Shown here piece by piece: positions 25,442 to 37,132 of a stretch of DNA of 64,000 nucleotides (positions within the stretch are counted from its first letter, which is position 1; the number at the start of each line of letters is the position of its first letter). The stretch lies in contig NIVC01001568.1 of the NCBI GenBank assembly GCA_002269645.1, forward strand, positions 1-64,000, in the 5' to 3' direction. This DNA is from Macrostomum lignano (lineage: Eukaryota). The position numbers and the translations under genes are program-made. The notes under the pieces are model-generated. The model saw only the letters and a list, made by a program, of their open reading frames with translations. It did no database searches and had not been told where the DNA came from.

Positions 25442-26376
25442 GTCTCGCCTACGCTAGCAGCTCAAGGCGGTCACTGTCATTCGCCGTCGCCTCCTGGCTG
25501 CGGCATTGCCAGGCTGTCGGCACCGATCCGGTCGACTCTACCGTCGCCACGTTGCTCAACTACCTGGCGGAGCTGTGCTCCACTTGCCTTCGGTCGCCCA
25601 GTACCCTCCGAGTACATCTCAGCGCAATCTCTGCTTTTCTAAGATCCGCCAGCGCGGTCGACATCACGAAGCATCCCCTGGTGCCCCTCCTGGTTCGAGG
25701 CTCCAGGCGCGCCCTCAGCGGCACCCCACGGCGAGCTCAGGCCCTCTCACCTGACGACCTGCTTCGCATCCGTCGCACCATTTACGATAGCGACCCACGA
25801 GGCGTTGCATGCTGGGCGGCAATCATGTGCGGCTGGTGGACGGTGTTGCGCAAATCTAGCCTGTTCCCCGAGTCAGCAGGAGTGCAAGCGCTCCAGCGAA
25901 GGGACCTGAGAGCAGTGCCATCCGGCCTGGTCCTGAGCCTGAGGAACAGTAAAACCAACCAGTTCGGAGCCCGGGTGCACCGCGTGCTGCTGCCGAAACT
26001 GTCCGGTGGCCACCCACTTTGCCCGACTGAAGCCATGATGCGGCACCTTCGTGTCAATGGCATCTCGGCTCCGTCCACCCCGCTCTTCTCAGCGTCAAGC
26101 GGCTCAAAGCGGGTCAAGCTGTCAGCTTCCTATTTTGTGCGCTTTCTCCGAAATTCCCTGCGCTGCGCTGGACTTCAGGGCCTTGGTGTGCTGTACTCTG
26201 CGCACAGCCTGCGGCGGGGCGGTGCTACGTGGTGCCTTCGAGCTGGGCTAGCAGAGGATGAGATCAAGGCTGTCGATGACTGGCGCAGCGACGCGGTTCG
26301 GTGCTACCTACCTGAGAGTGACTTATCCTTCCGAGCTGCCAAGAAAATGGCTCAGGCGGTGCAGCGGCGTTGCTAA
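25420..26376 (+). CDS. Tyrosine recombinase (integrase of the Ngaro element)
   Basis: Catalytic signatures LRKSSL, SKTNQFG, HSLRRGGAT and DWRSDAVRCY. The frame is open upstream of the listed start (LLSLAYASSSRRS). Confidence 0.92.
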   Translation, partial: PQARRLLSLAYASSSRRSLSFAVASWLRHCQAVGTDPVDSTVATLLNYLAELCSTCLRSPSTLRVHLSAISAFLRSASAVDITKHPLVPLLVRGSRRALSGTPRRAQALSPDDLLRIRRTIYDSDPRGVACWAAIMCGWWTVLRKSSLFPESAGVQALQRRDLRAVPSGLVLSLRNSKTNQFGARVHRVLLPKLSGGHPLCPTEAMMRHLRVNGISAPSTPLFSASSGSKRVKLSASYFVRFLRNSLRCAGLQGLGVLYSAHSLRRGGATWCLRAGLAEDEIKAVDDWRSDAVRCYLPESDLSFRAAKKMAQAVQRRC

Positions 26377-26503
26377 CTCAGCCTCATGGTTTTTTGTGCA
26401 TGTTTTATTCCCGGTTTTTATGCTCGTAATCTTTGTGCTCGGTGTTTTTTTCGCTTCGTACTCGTTTTCTTTCGTGTTCTTCGTCTTTGTGTTTTTGGCA
26501 TTG

Positions 26504-26855
26504 GGCTCGATTGTCCCACCCGTGTTCTCACCAAGCGCTTTTCGTTGTCTCCCTTCCTGCCATAGAGCTAATGACCGGTTTGCCTAGCCGGCTTGTACGG
26601 CGTGGGCTAAACGGCGTTTGCGATTGGCTAGGAGGGGTTGTTTGGCTTCACCCGTGGGGGTGGGTTTGCGGCGCTGGGGTGGGTGGTGTGTTTTGTGCCT
26701 TTTAGGCCTCACTTTGAGCTGAGATCGCTCGTTCTCGCGGCGTTGAATTTTTTTTGTGTTCGTATTACAATAAAATATAACTTGACAGGCTCGATTGTGC
26801 CACCCGTGTTCTCACCAAGCGCTTTTCGGTGTCTTCCTTCGTGCCATAGAGCTAA
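26504..26855 (+). repeat. Ngaro split direct repeats B1 (26504-26571) and B2 (26788-26855) flanking a putative A2 segment
   Basis: Two ~68-bp copies, GGCTCGATTGT..CATAGAGCTAA, downstream of the YR ORF. Confidence 0.8.
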
Positions 26856-26910
26856 CGCAAGTAAAACAAACTAAATTAAATTTAAAAAAATTTAACTACG
26901 CAACACACTT

Positions 26911-29598
26911 TGTAGATAAATGATCCTAATGTGAAACAAAACAATTTTTTACTTATTAAGAAGCTTTTAAATCATCTATAGCTATCACATACCGTGTCTC
27001 CCCCTCTCTAAATGACGCGTCTAGGGCATGCGTTTAAAATTGACAAAATCCCCAGTAGGCACTATAATGCACGGATGACATATTTTGAAGAGATTCATTT
27101 TGAAGAGACCAACCGTCCCTACAGCAGTTTAACAATGTTAATGAAGAGGTTGTGGGTTGGGCACACATGGGCAGCTTCCCACCCCACTCCACATCCCCGG
27201 CTCCACCCCCATTTCCTGGCAGACGAACAGTTTTAGAAATAGAAACTGTATTAGACTGAAACCTATAGCTGTATTATAGGCTTAATACTCGTATAAGCCA
27301 TATGTGGTAGGCCGGTCTACCACTCGGAGGACGAAAGCGGTCATTGATGCGAACAAGGCGACTCTCCACCTGATGAACGATTGACGTCAATAATTTTCAT
27401 CTGTTGATCCCTTTGTCTGTTCCCCCGGCTGTCCCGTCCGTTGTTCCCCTGTTTGCTCCATTCGCTGCCCCATCCCTTGTCCGTTTTGTTTTACTGTGTC
27501 CCGCGGCCGGCTTTTCCCTTTTCTTTTGGGTGCCCCTTTTGCTGTTCCTTTCGGTGCCCCACCCTCTGGGATTAGTCGTGCCCAATACTATACCTTTTTG
27601 CAATCAATTTCGTCGTTTTTGCGTTCAATTTCGGCGCGAGCGCTAGTGTGCAGTCTAAACAACTGAGCCATAGACACTGGGCAACTTTTGCGTTCAAATT
27701 CGGCCTTTTTGCTCTGAAGAGAGAGGCGAGAATGGAGAGCCAATCAGAAGGCAGCAAGGGAGAGAGAGATAAGAATAACAAGATTGAGCTAGACAGAGAG
27801 AGAGAAAACAGAGTAAACAGAGACAAGTGAAGGTGAACTAAGAAATGACTAGGAAAGTAGCGACACTCCCCCCAAAAATGGAACATTTTTTAATAAGTGA
27901 CTACCATTACCAATTGAAGTTAATGAGTTAGAATTAGGTCGAATTAAATTGAAAAACACATTCACAATAAATGGTGTATAAAACGATTTTAAAATACATA
28001 ATGACTAAGAATTTGAATACAAAAACAGTAGAGTGAATGCAAAATATTTAAACCGAATTTTAAACTTAGATTTTTAATGAGTAGTTTTTTGAACCAATGA
28101 GAAGACTGAAAAGACTAAATTAAATATATCCGCCCTCCCCCCTAAAAATTAGCAATTTTTAATTGTAAATGGCTAGTAAAGTTTTGAGAAAACATTAAAA
28201 TTGTCAGTTGAGTACGAGAGCTGAGATGAGAGAGATGAGATGAGATGAGAATCAAGTTGATGAAAAGAACAACTGAAGACGACTAGACAACTGGAGACAC
28301 TGACAAGAGAGGAGGGGACCGAGTGAAGAAAGTTTGACAAAGACCGGTGAGATTGACTGCCGACATCGACTCCGACGACGTGACGACGGCCCGAGTTGAA
28401 TTGTGAATATGCCGCCGGCACCGACTCCGAAGACGAGACCGACAGCCCGAGTTGAAGTGTGAATATGCTGCCGGCACCGACTCCGAAGACGAGACCGGCA
28501 ACCAGAGACGAGACGATTGAGTGGCCGGCAAGCAGAGACGATTGAGAGGCCGGAGAGCAGAGACGAGACGATTGAGAGGCCGGCAGACGAGACGATTGAG
28601 AGGCCGGCAGACGAGGCGATTGAGAGGCCGGCAACCAGAGACGAGACGATTGAGAGGCCGGCAGACGAGACGATTGAGAGGCCGGCAGACGAGACGATTG
28701 AGAGGCCGGCAGACGAGGAGACGATTGAGAGGCCGGCAAGCAGAGACGAGACGATTGAGAGGCCGGCAAGCAGAGACGAGACGATTGAGAGGCCGGCAAG
28801 CAGAGACGAGACGATTGAGAGGCCGGCAAGCAGAGACGAGACGATTGAGAGGCCGGCAAGCAGAGACGAGACGATTGAGAGGCCGGCAAGCAGAGACGAG
28901 ACGATTGAGAGGCCGGCAAGCAGAGACGAGACGATTGAGAGGCCGGAAAGCAGAGACGAGACGATTGAGAGGCCGGAAAGCAGAGACGAGACGATTGAGA
29001 GGCCGGCAAGCAGAGACGAGACGATTGAGAGGCCGGCAAGCAGAGACGAGACGATTGAGAGGCCGGCAAGCAGGGACGAGACGATTGAGAGGCCGGCAAG
29101 CAGAGACGAGACGATTGAGAGGCCGGCAAGCAGAGACGAGACGATTGAGAGGCCGGCAAGCAGAGACGAGACGATTGAGAGGCCGGCAAGCAGAGACGAG
29201 ACGATTGAGAGGCCGGCAAGCAGAGACGAGACGATTGAGAGGCCGGAAAGCAGAGACGAGACGATTGAGAGGCCGGCAAGCAGAGACGAGACGATTGAGA
29301 GGCCGGCAAGCAGAGACGAGACGATTGAGAGGCCGGCAAGCAGGGACGAGACGATTGAGAGGCCGGCAAGCAGAGACGAGACGATTGAGAGGCCGGCAGA
29401 CGAGACGATTGAGAGGCCGGCAGACGAGACGATTGAGAGGCCGGCAACCAGAGACGAGACGATTGAATTATAAGATAATTCAGTGATAAGAATAGAGAGA
29501 GATAAGAATAACATGATTGAGCTAGACAGAGAGACAGAGAAAAGTGTAAACAGAGACAAGTGAAGGTGAACTAAGAAATGACTAGGAAAGTCGCGACA
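26911..29598 (-). mobile_element. Related non-coding LTR-type element in inverted orientation
   Basis: The same ~150-bp LTR head at 29598-29480 and 27865-27715; PPT GGGGGGAG before 27865; 26911-27865 is an inverted near-copy of 22607-23599. No TSD found. Confidence 0.7.
28500..29470. repeat. 30-bp minisatellite with 24-bp variants, about 33-35 units
   Basis: Unit GAGACGAGACGATTGAGAGGCCGGCAAGCA. Confidence 0.97.
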
Positions 29599-32439
29599 TC
29601 TTTTCTTTCCTTCCTTCGTTTTCCGTTTTGTTTTTGCTCTCGGTTTAATTTGATCCGTGTTTGATATTAAATTTCTTTGCCTACCGACTCGCCCCTAGGC
29701 ACCGCCGAATCGTCCCATCGCTTACTTCAGCCTGCAATAACAATAATAATAGTCTTTTGTTGAACTTATTGTCTTATCCAGCTATAATAATAATAACGAA
29801 ACCAACTTTTTTTTTCATTGATTCATTGATCGAAGCCCATAGTTTCTATTGAGTCATTTGCCCACGGGGCGTAAAACAATCTATTGTCTCATCTCAAAGA
29901 AAGCTCTGATACCCTCAACGTTCCGTAATACAAAATTACGGTGGTGGCAGTGCTACTTTATTACTGATAGTAACCAACTGAGCATATCGACAAATCTCGC
30001 AATCACGGTGTCTGAGGACCCGATTGAACGACCGTGCCTGTTAAAAGACCGCTCGACTGCGAATACGACTACCCTCCCCCCCGGAATTGAGGACCCGGCA
30101 GACGGAGTATCAATGGAGAAAAGCGACCCGATTCAGTTCGTGAAATTTTCCGGCTTTACGAGCGCCGAGATAACGCAGGTGGCGATTAAAAGTTAGAATC
30201 CGCCGCACCTTTTGGTGTCAGAAACCTACGACTTACAAATCAATCAATTTATTTATTTTCTTTTCCACCCCACCTCAGTGGTAGGCCGGACTACCACTGT
30301 CTGAGCGGAACGAGACCTCCGTGGGCAATGATTAATTATTTCTCCTTCAAGTGGTGCCTCGTATGACGTCAATATGTTCCCATGCTTGGTCCCGCTGTTG
30401 TCCCTTGTGTTGGACCCAACCCGTGTTCCTCCCTTTTTGTTTTATTTCTGCTGCGTACCTTGTGTTGGTCCAATTCCTGGCTTTCCTCCTTTTCCTCCGG
30501 TTGCCCCACCTGTTGTGCCACCCGGTGACCCACCTATTGTTTTCTTAACTTTCTCCCCTACTTAATAATTGTGTTTTGGGCACGAAAATGTTATGCTCTT
30601 CCCTCCTCCCGCTCCCTCGTTATTTTCTGTGTATACGTGCTAACTTACAGTTTCCCCATTGCTCACATTCATTTGCTCCGTTTTAATTTGTAGCTAACAG
30701 TTCTTTTATCCAACCTATAGTGCGCTTGGCGGCTCTGCCGGATAATATCTCATCCGAACGTCGGCCAGTAAAAATAATATTAACACTAGCTTGCTCATAC
30801 TATTTATCCAGTTAATACAATATTAACTAATAAGCTCTATGTCAATTTATTCCTTAGTAACTAATTGAAGCCCTCCTAGTTTTCTATTGAGTCATTTGCC
30901 CGTGGGACGTTAAACAACCAAATTAATCTCATCTCTGAACGAGCTTTGAGATCTCAACGTTCCGTAATACGCAAATTACGGTGGTGGCAGCACTACTCTA
31001 CTATTAGTAAGCAACTAAGAGAAACGACGTACATTGAAATTACGGAGTCTAAGGACCCAAACTGAACGACCGTGCCTGTTTAAAAGACCGCTCGACTGCG
31101 ATTACGACTACCCTCACCCCGGACTTAAGGACCCGGCAGACGGAGTACAAGGAAAAAGCTACCGCAACGAAACTGCGCAATTTTTCCGGCTTTACGAGTG
31201 CCGAGATAACGAAGGCGGCAATTCAAATGTATCAACCGCCCCAACTCATTGGTGTCAGCGACGACCGACTTACAAAGTTTATTTTCTCTGCTCCCACCTT
31301 AAAATTTTAATTTTTAAGTCATTAAGTCAACGAGCGATTCAATTAAAAAAGTGCGAAAATTGTTTACTTAACTGTGCTTGTGCGTAAAAAACGAAAACGG
31401 TCAAGCGAAATTGGGTAAACGACCGTATGGTAATGTATTATTCCTATATAATAAAAAAATATATCTAAATATACTAAATCTTTAGGGTTTGTATGCTTGC
31501 TTGATTGCTTGACTAGTATACTAAAAATGAAACTCTTTTGTATCTAAAATTGACTTCACGATACTGCAAAAGTTAATAAATTATTTTTCAGCATTCCAGT
31601 TATTTCGAATGAAACGAGCAAACCTCAGAGAAAGGTTAAAGGTTAAAGGTCGTTCTCAGCAAAGTGTTACTTGATGGCGGACTTTGTACGCACCCGTGCA
31701 TCCAGTTTTACTGGAATATATCTCAAATAAGTGCAGCTAAAAGGGCTCAGATACCATGACACGCCATACGGTAATATAAATTACGAAATTGCTTGTTGTC
31801 ATGTGAAAATTCATATGAAAATTATAAATCTGATTTATTACCAAAAACATCGGTGCAAGTGAAGATACCACGATCTCCACCGTGGTGCATGAATTCGGAG
31901 CCGCGCTTAACTGCTGCCAGGGCAGCGAAGCGACGAGCGAGAGCGAACGTCTTTGAGTTTGAACGTCGGCGTGAGAGAAACCGACGAAAGTCGGCAACGA
32001 TCTTTCCACCCCCACGTGACTGCAGTTCGCTGTAATCGAGCCCAGCCGTACCACAAGGCACGCGCGTCGTGTCGGGATGCTGAACTGCCGCACTCTCAAG
32101 GCCGCGTAGCCGAGGGCCGGCTGTTGGCGCAGCTAGCGCTCGACCTTATAGATGCGATGTCATCTCACTTCAAGCAAGTGTTCATCAGGGCCGACGCGGC
32201 AATTCATTGTGAGAAACTTTGCGCCGGTGGACCAAAGAGGCCGTCGAGAAGTTGGACCGCTGATCGGACCGAGACTGAAGCAGAGCTGTCGCTGCATCTC
32301 TCTGTCTGACCGGTGGCTTCAGTTCAACGTCTGCAGTTTCGTGGCCGAAACGCTCGATCACCTGTTCAGCGCGAACGCGCCTCCTGTCACCCGACCTAAC
32401 GAGGGTCGAGTCTTCTTCGAACAGCTCTTAGTTGGACCC

Positions 32440-33120
32440 GCCTGGCCCAAACACTCGGTTTTCGTCCGGATTTGGTCCAGTATCGTCCGGTTTTAGCGGT
32501 TTTTTTCGGATCAAGCTAAATTTCATCCGGATTTTATCCGGATCAAAATTCAGAGGATCCTCCGGACCAAAACCGGATAAAAATGTTTTTGCAAACGTCT
32601 TTCGTCCGGTTTTTCACCCGGAAATTTTTATCCGGTCGATTTTCTAACAATTGGACAAAACCCGGAGCATAATCCGGATGACCTCCGGACGAGAGTAGTT
32701 TTTTCGTCCGGAAAATGATCCGGTATTTCTTCCACTCGTTTCTCCACTGTTCGAGACGGATCTAACCGGATCAAATACCGGATTAAATTTTACTTATATC
32801 CTCCCTACAGTTTTGAGTCAGTGTGGTTTCCCGCTGGGACTTAACTCCGACATTTTGCAAACTGTAAGTGTAATTTCAGTCCGATTTTTACACGATTTTC
32901 AACGATTTTCGTAATCAAATCGAAATATGTCCGAATTTTCTCCGACTTTCGCTTGGTCGATGAAATATAGACAAAATTCTGAGTTGTTTTGGCTCAATTT
33001 TCGACCGACATTCCCCCGATTTTCACCTAAATTTTTCTGTAAAAAGTCGGCTGAAGTTCGGCGCAGTTTTGGCACGATTTTTCACCGACATTTTTCCGAT
33101 TTTCACCTAAATTTGTCTGT
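32440..33120. repeat. Two clusters of short sub-terminal-like repeats (TCCGGA-rich, then TCCGATTTT-rich), probably non-autonomous DNA transposon arms
   Basis: Dense CCGG and CCGA motifs in both orientations; no coding signal; TIR/TSD not resolved. Confidence 0.4.
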
Positions 33121-33185
33121 AAAGAGTGTAGAGAGCGAAGCCGAGAGAGAGAAAGTTATGTGTTGTGTGTAGCCGATAAAGCCTC

Positions 33186-34040
33186 TGTGACGTTGCCAGT
33201 TAAGGAGGTCCCGCAAAAGGGCCGTTGGACTGTAGTTTCCCTTGCAATTTCTCACTTAAATTTCTCCAATAGTTTATTTTAACGTTTACTTATAGTAGCG
33301 TGCAACTAATCTGTATCAATTGCTAATTCACTGTGTATTTGATAGACCTTGCGTTCGTCTGTAAAATTTAGCACGATCGATAATTTCAAGTTCTCTTGCC
33401 AGCCAATGAAAATTCTCCGCGTGTATATTGCTAGCCCTCTGCGCTCTTTATTAACCCCCGCCTGGCGGCGGGCTGGGGGGCCCTTCACTTGCACCTCCCT
33501 TGGCGTTCTCTTTGCTCCCTTGCGGCCCTTGTGTATTCGTCTCGTTTTCCTTCTCTCGCCTGGCTGCCTCGAGCCTCCTTATCTCACGCCACGGCTCCTC
33601 TGTCTGGGCCCGCCTGTTTACACACCGTTACTCCACTGTGTTCTGCAACGGCTAACGCCATTCTCGCCGCTACTTATCCGCCCGTCTACTTGCTACTCAC
33701 TGCTTCCACTGTGCTCATCGCCATCACCCACCACGTTACGTCACCATTGTATCCTTCGTCTGCTACTCGACTTCATCATTCTAAATTACCTTCAAAACCA
33801 TTGTTGCAGCCGCCAGTGTCCCAAAGCGCAATAAGTTTTGTATTGACATTAACCAGTTCTAATATTGATCTCAACAATAAATTAACTACGGCAGTTTCCT
33901 GCCCTTATACGCCAAGTGCTCCGCTACACAATCCATTTTGCAAGAATTGACTTCGATTCATTTTGGGACTACAACGACTTGCGACAATTCTCGTCAACGG
34001 CCCTTTTAAGGGTCCAAGCCACTACGCCAATAACGTGACA
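33186..34040. mobile_element. Solo LTR inserted in the 3' LTR of the Mag-like element
   Basis: TGTGACGTT..AACGTGACA ends; 4-bp TSD CCTC; the uninterrupted site is visible in the 5' LTR (AAAGCCTCAATCC). Confidence 0.9.
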
Positions 34041-34404
34041 CCTCAATCCATTGTAGGCTCTGTGCGATCGATTTATATATTTAGCAGCGACCCTGCAGCT
34101 GAGACTGCGTACATTAAAAACAGAAAGCCAAGAATATTGGATGTACATCGGAAATGCACACCAGGACTAAAAACACTTATTATGCAAGCACTGGGCAGCA
34201 GGTGTCTACAATTCTCCCCAACCAGAGAGATCCCAGAGGATAAAAAAACGAGCTCAATTACTCAGTTACTACCGGCCCAAACCCCAAAGCAATCAAAGCG
34301 GCCCGCCCACGCACAAAAACCCTAGGATCACAATTTGTAGCTGAGCACTCTGTTACGGGAAGCTCTTGGATGTTCTCGCGTGGCGATGCTACCGCTGGGT
34401 AGAC

Positions 34405-34610
34405 CGGCGGGCTCTCCGGCAGGTTGGCCGGCAGGTTGGCCGGCAGGTTGGCCGGCAGGCTCTCCGGCAGGTTGGCCGGCAGGCTCTCCGGCAGGCTGGC
34501 CGGCAGGCTCTCCGGCAGGCTGGCCGGCAGGCTCTCCGGCAGGTTGGCCGGCAGGCTCTCCGGCAGGCTGGCCGGCAGGCTCTCCGGCAGGCTGGCCGGC
34601 AGGCTCTCCG
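34405..34610 (-). repeat. 24-bp coding minisatellite (GEPAGQPA repeats) in the integrase tail
   Basis: In-frame repeats in ORF 34328-35395. Confidence 0.9.
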
Positions 34611-35371
34611 ACCAGGGGCCGCAGCTGCGAGACGTGGCGCATGCAGGACTGTTCGCCGCGTTGCAGGACACACGTGTCTCCCTGGACCTGCTTGACTGTC
34701 CAAGGATGTGGCTCGAACGGCAGCTGCAGTTTGTTACGTGGCTGCTTCTTTCGCAGAACTTTGTTGCCGACTCTGACGCCGTGCTCCTTGATACCCTTGC
34801 GATCATCGAAGCACGCCTTCATGTCTTGGACATAGTTTCTGTGCCAGCTCTGCACCTCTTCATGGTTAACGTCGATGAGCTGTGATGGTTTCATGGTCGG
34901 GATGCCGTCGTTCATCGTCCTGCCCATGAGTAGCTCAGCGGGTGCGCGGCCGGTCGCTCGATGTGGTGTCGTGCGGAACGCCAACAGCCAGTCCTCGATA
35001 GCCTCCCGCCAGTTACGACCTTCGGCCACTGCCGTATGAATCATTTTCCCGATGCTGCGGTTGACTCGCTCCGTCGCTCCATTGGATTCTGGGTGCAGCG
35101 GGCAGATGAGGCGGTGGTGAATGCCGTACGAAGCGAGGAAGCTGCGGAAAGCTGCCGAGCCGCACCCGAGCCGAGCCCGCAATGGCGGGCCGTTGTCGGT
35201 GACCACCTCAATCGGGACGCCGTATCTGCTGAACAGCCTCCGCAGGTGGGGGATCACGCTCTCCGCCGTCGTCGAGTTGAGAAAATTGACTTCTGGGTAC
35301 TTTGAATACAAGTCGGTGGTGACCAGGAGCATCTGGCCCTGCACTGGGCCGTAGAAATCCATACCTAGTAG

Positions 35372-37132
35372 GTTCCGAATGCATGAAGTCGACACGCCGG
35401 ACGCCCTCGTCAGGATCTGCTCTGACTATCTAGCAGACAGGCAAATGCAGGTGAAGGTCAACGGGGCGCTCAGCCAGCCGTACGAGTTGCAGGCGGGCGT
35501 CCCCCAAGGTGGCATCTTGAGCCCCTTCCTATACCTGCTTTTTATCAGCACCATGCCTCGGCCGCAACAACCAAACCTTAAGCGAAGCCAATTCGCCGAC
35601 GACATGGCCATCTGGGCCTCGGCGGACACTTTTGCTGGCCTCAAGACGCTCCTGCAACCCTACCTCGACCGTGTGTGGAACTGGTGTGGGGGGCAGGGGA
35701 TCAAGATCAATGCCAGCAAGAGTCAGGTGATCGCGTTTAACTACAAGCCAACTCGTAGGCGCGATCTTCGCCCTAAGCTAAAACTTGGAGGCACGAGCCT
35801 CGAATACCAAGACGAAGTCCGGTTCCTTGGTATGAACCTGGACTACAGGCTGACCCTCAATTCGCACATAGAGAGAGTAGTCAGCCATGGCCGGGCGCTT
35901 GCCCTATCTATCAACCGCATAGCCAAGCTGACCCGGCTAAGCAGTAATACCCTAAAAATGTTATACAGGGTCTATGTTGAGAGTGCGCTGACCTACGGTG
36001 CCCCGGTGCTGAATATCATAGCACCCAGTAACCTCAACAAGCTCCAGAAAATCCAAAATTTAGCTCTCAGGATCTGTTATGGTGCCCCTAGCTACACCCA
36101 AGTGGCCTACTTGCATGAGCTGGCGGCCATGCCCATGATGGCGGACAGGATCAGAGCCCTGGGCGTAGGCTGGCTATCCAAGGTGAAGGCTGCTGGGGAC
36201 CACGACTTCCACATAGAGCCGGAGCTCCCGAGAGCTGCCCGGAACCGCCCCCCAGTGCTGAACCTGCTTTGGGACAGCCTGAAGAGGAGGCATGCCAATA
36301 GACTAGCAGCTGCGAATGCGGCGGCCCAAGCGGCCCAAAACCCGCCCTAGGCTGACTAGGTACGTAGCCCCAAACCCTGATGCGCCCTGAGATAGTGGCT
36401 GCCCCCCCCCCTCTTTCTGGAGTGAGCCGTCTGTCAGCACACAAATAAATTGTCCAAAACACGAAATAGGCGTAGAATAAAATGGCGAGTGCTGGACCAG
36501 GCGGGAGGGCCTACGACCCGGTAATAGCAGTGCCTACCTGAAAATGCTGGTGAACTTGTGATCCGCTGTCTTCTTCTTTTTTGTTTCCGCCTTTTTATCT
36601 CTTTATTTTATAATCCAATATATTTTCATGCAACTGCGTTTTTACATCTGGCTTTTGCCTCGTTTTATACAAATATTGCATTTTTTTCTTTTACCCAAAT
36701 AACCAATACTGCTTTTATTTACTATATTTTATCCAAATGTTCCACCATAACCATACCTAGTTACTATGTAAAGAAACCGCTTCTCATGGTAGGCCTTTTT
36801 TTACATCTTTTACACTTTTTTATTTTTCCAATGCTCAAATAATTTCTATAAATCCCAAATCCAATATGCACTGCCCCCTTTTCCGTACTGGTCCAAATCT
36901 TTGTGAGGACCCCACTATTTAGATTATTCCCCCTTTTTATTCAGTGCAGTCAGTGCAGATACTACTTTTTAATACCCAAATGTAAAGAATAAATAATTTT
37001 CGAAAACTTTTTTATTTCATGTACTAAATTTTCGTCAATTTAAAATTTATATTAAACAATACATCGGCAGAGCCCACCCAGGGCTGACCCGAGGGACAAT
37101 ACCTTAGTCCCATTCGTTTAACAACAACAACA
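35372..37132 (+). mobile_element. 5'-truncated non-LTR retrotransposon (LINE) inserted in the Gypsy integrase
   Basis: 9-bp TSD ACCTAGTAG (35363-35371 and 37133-37141); (AAC)n tail; 3' hairpin GGGAC/GTCCC; removing the insert restores GTWLLLGMDFYGP. Confidence 0.93.
35379..36350 (+). CDS. LINE reverse transcriptase, C-terminal half (Jockey/I/CR1-like)
   Basis: GVPQGGILSP, QFADD, RFLG motifs. Confidence 0.9.
   Translation: MHEVDTPDALVRICSDYLADRQMQVKVNGALSQPYELQAGVPQGGILSPFLYLLFISTMPRPQQPNLKRSQFADDMAIWASADTFAGLKTLLQPYLDRVWNWCGGQGIKINASKSQVIAFNYKPTRRRDLRPKLKLGGTSLEYQDEVRFLGMNLDYRLTLNSHIERVVSHGRALALSINRIAKLTRLSSNTLKMLYRVYVESALTYGAPVLNIIAPSNLNKLQKIQNLALRICYGAPSYTQVAYLHELAAMPMMADRIRALGVGWLSKVKAAGDHDFHIEPELPRAARNRPPVLNLLWDSLKRRHANRLAAANAAAQAAQNPP

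Larger units (their letters stand above)
21780..26855 (+). mobile_element. Ngaro-type tyrosine-recombinase retrotransposon, 5'-truncated and interrupted at 22607-24032
   Basis: Order gag, RT-RNase H, YR with overlapping ORFs and no methyltransferase; split direct repeats at the 3' end. Confidence 0.92.

Noticed and set aside
27325-27395. Possible type II hammerhead (GAAA..CTGATGA)
   Set aside because: I could not form stem III or stem I around a cleavage triplet.
28173-29559. Long ORFs of 318-435 aa on both strands
   Set aside because: They are translations of the 30/24-bp minisatellite, whose unit length is a multiple of 3 and lacks stops in most frames.
31730-32430. GC-rich segment with several overlapping 80-120 aa ORFs
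   Set aside because: No recognisable motif in any frame and stops interrupt the best frame; left unassigned.
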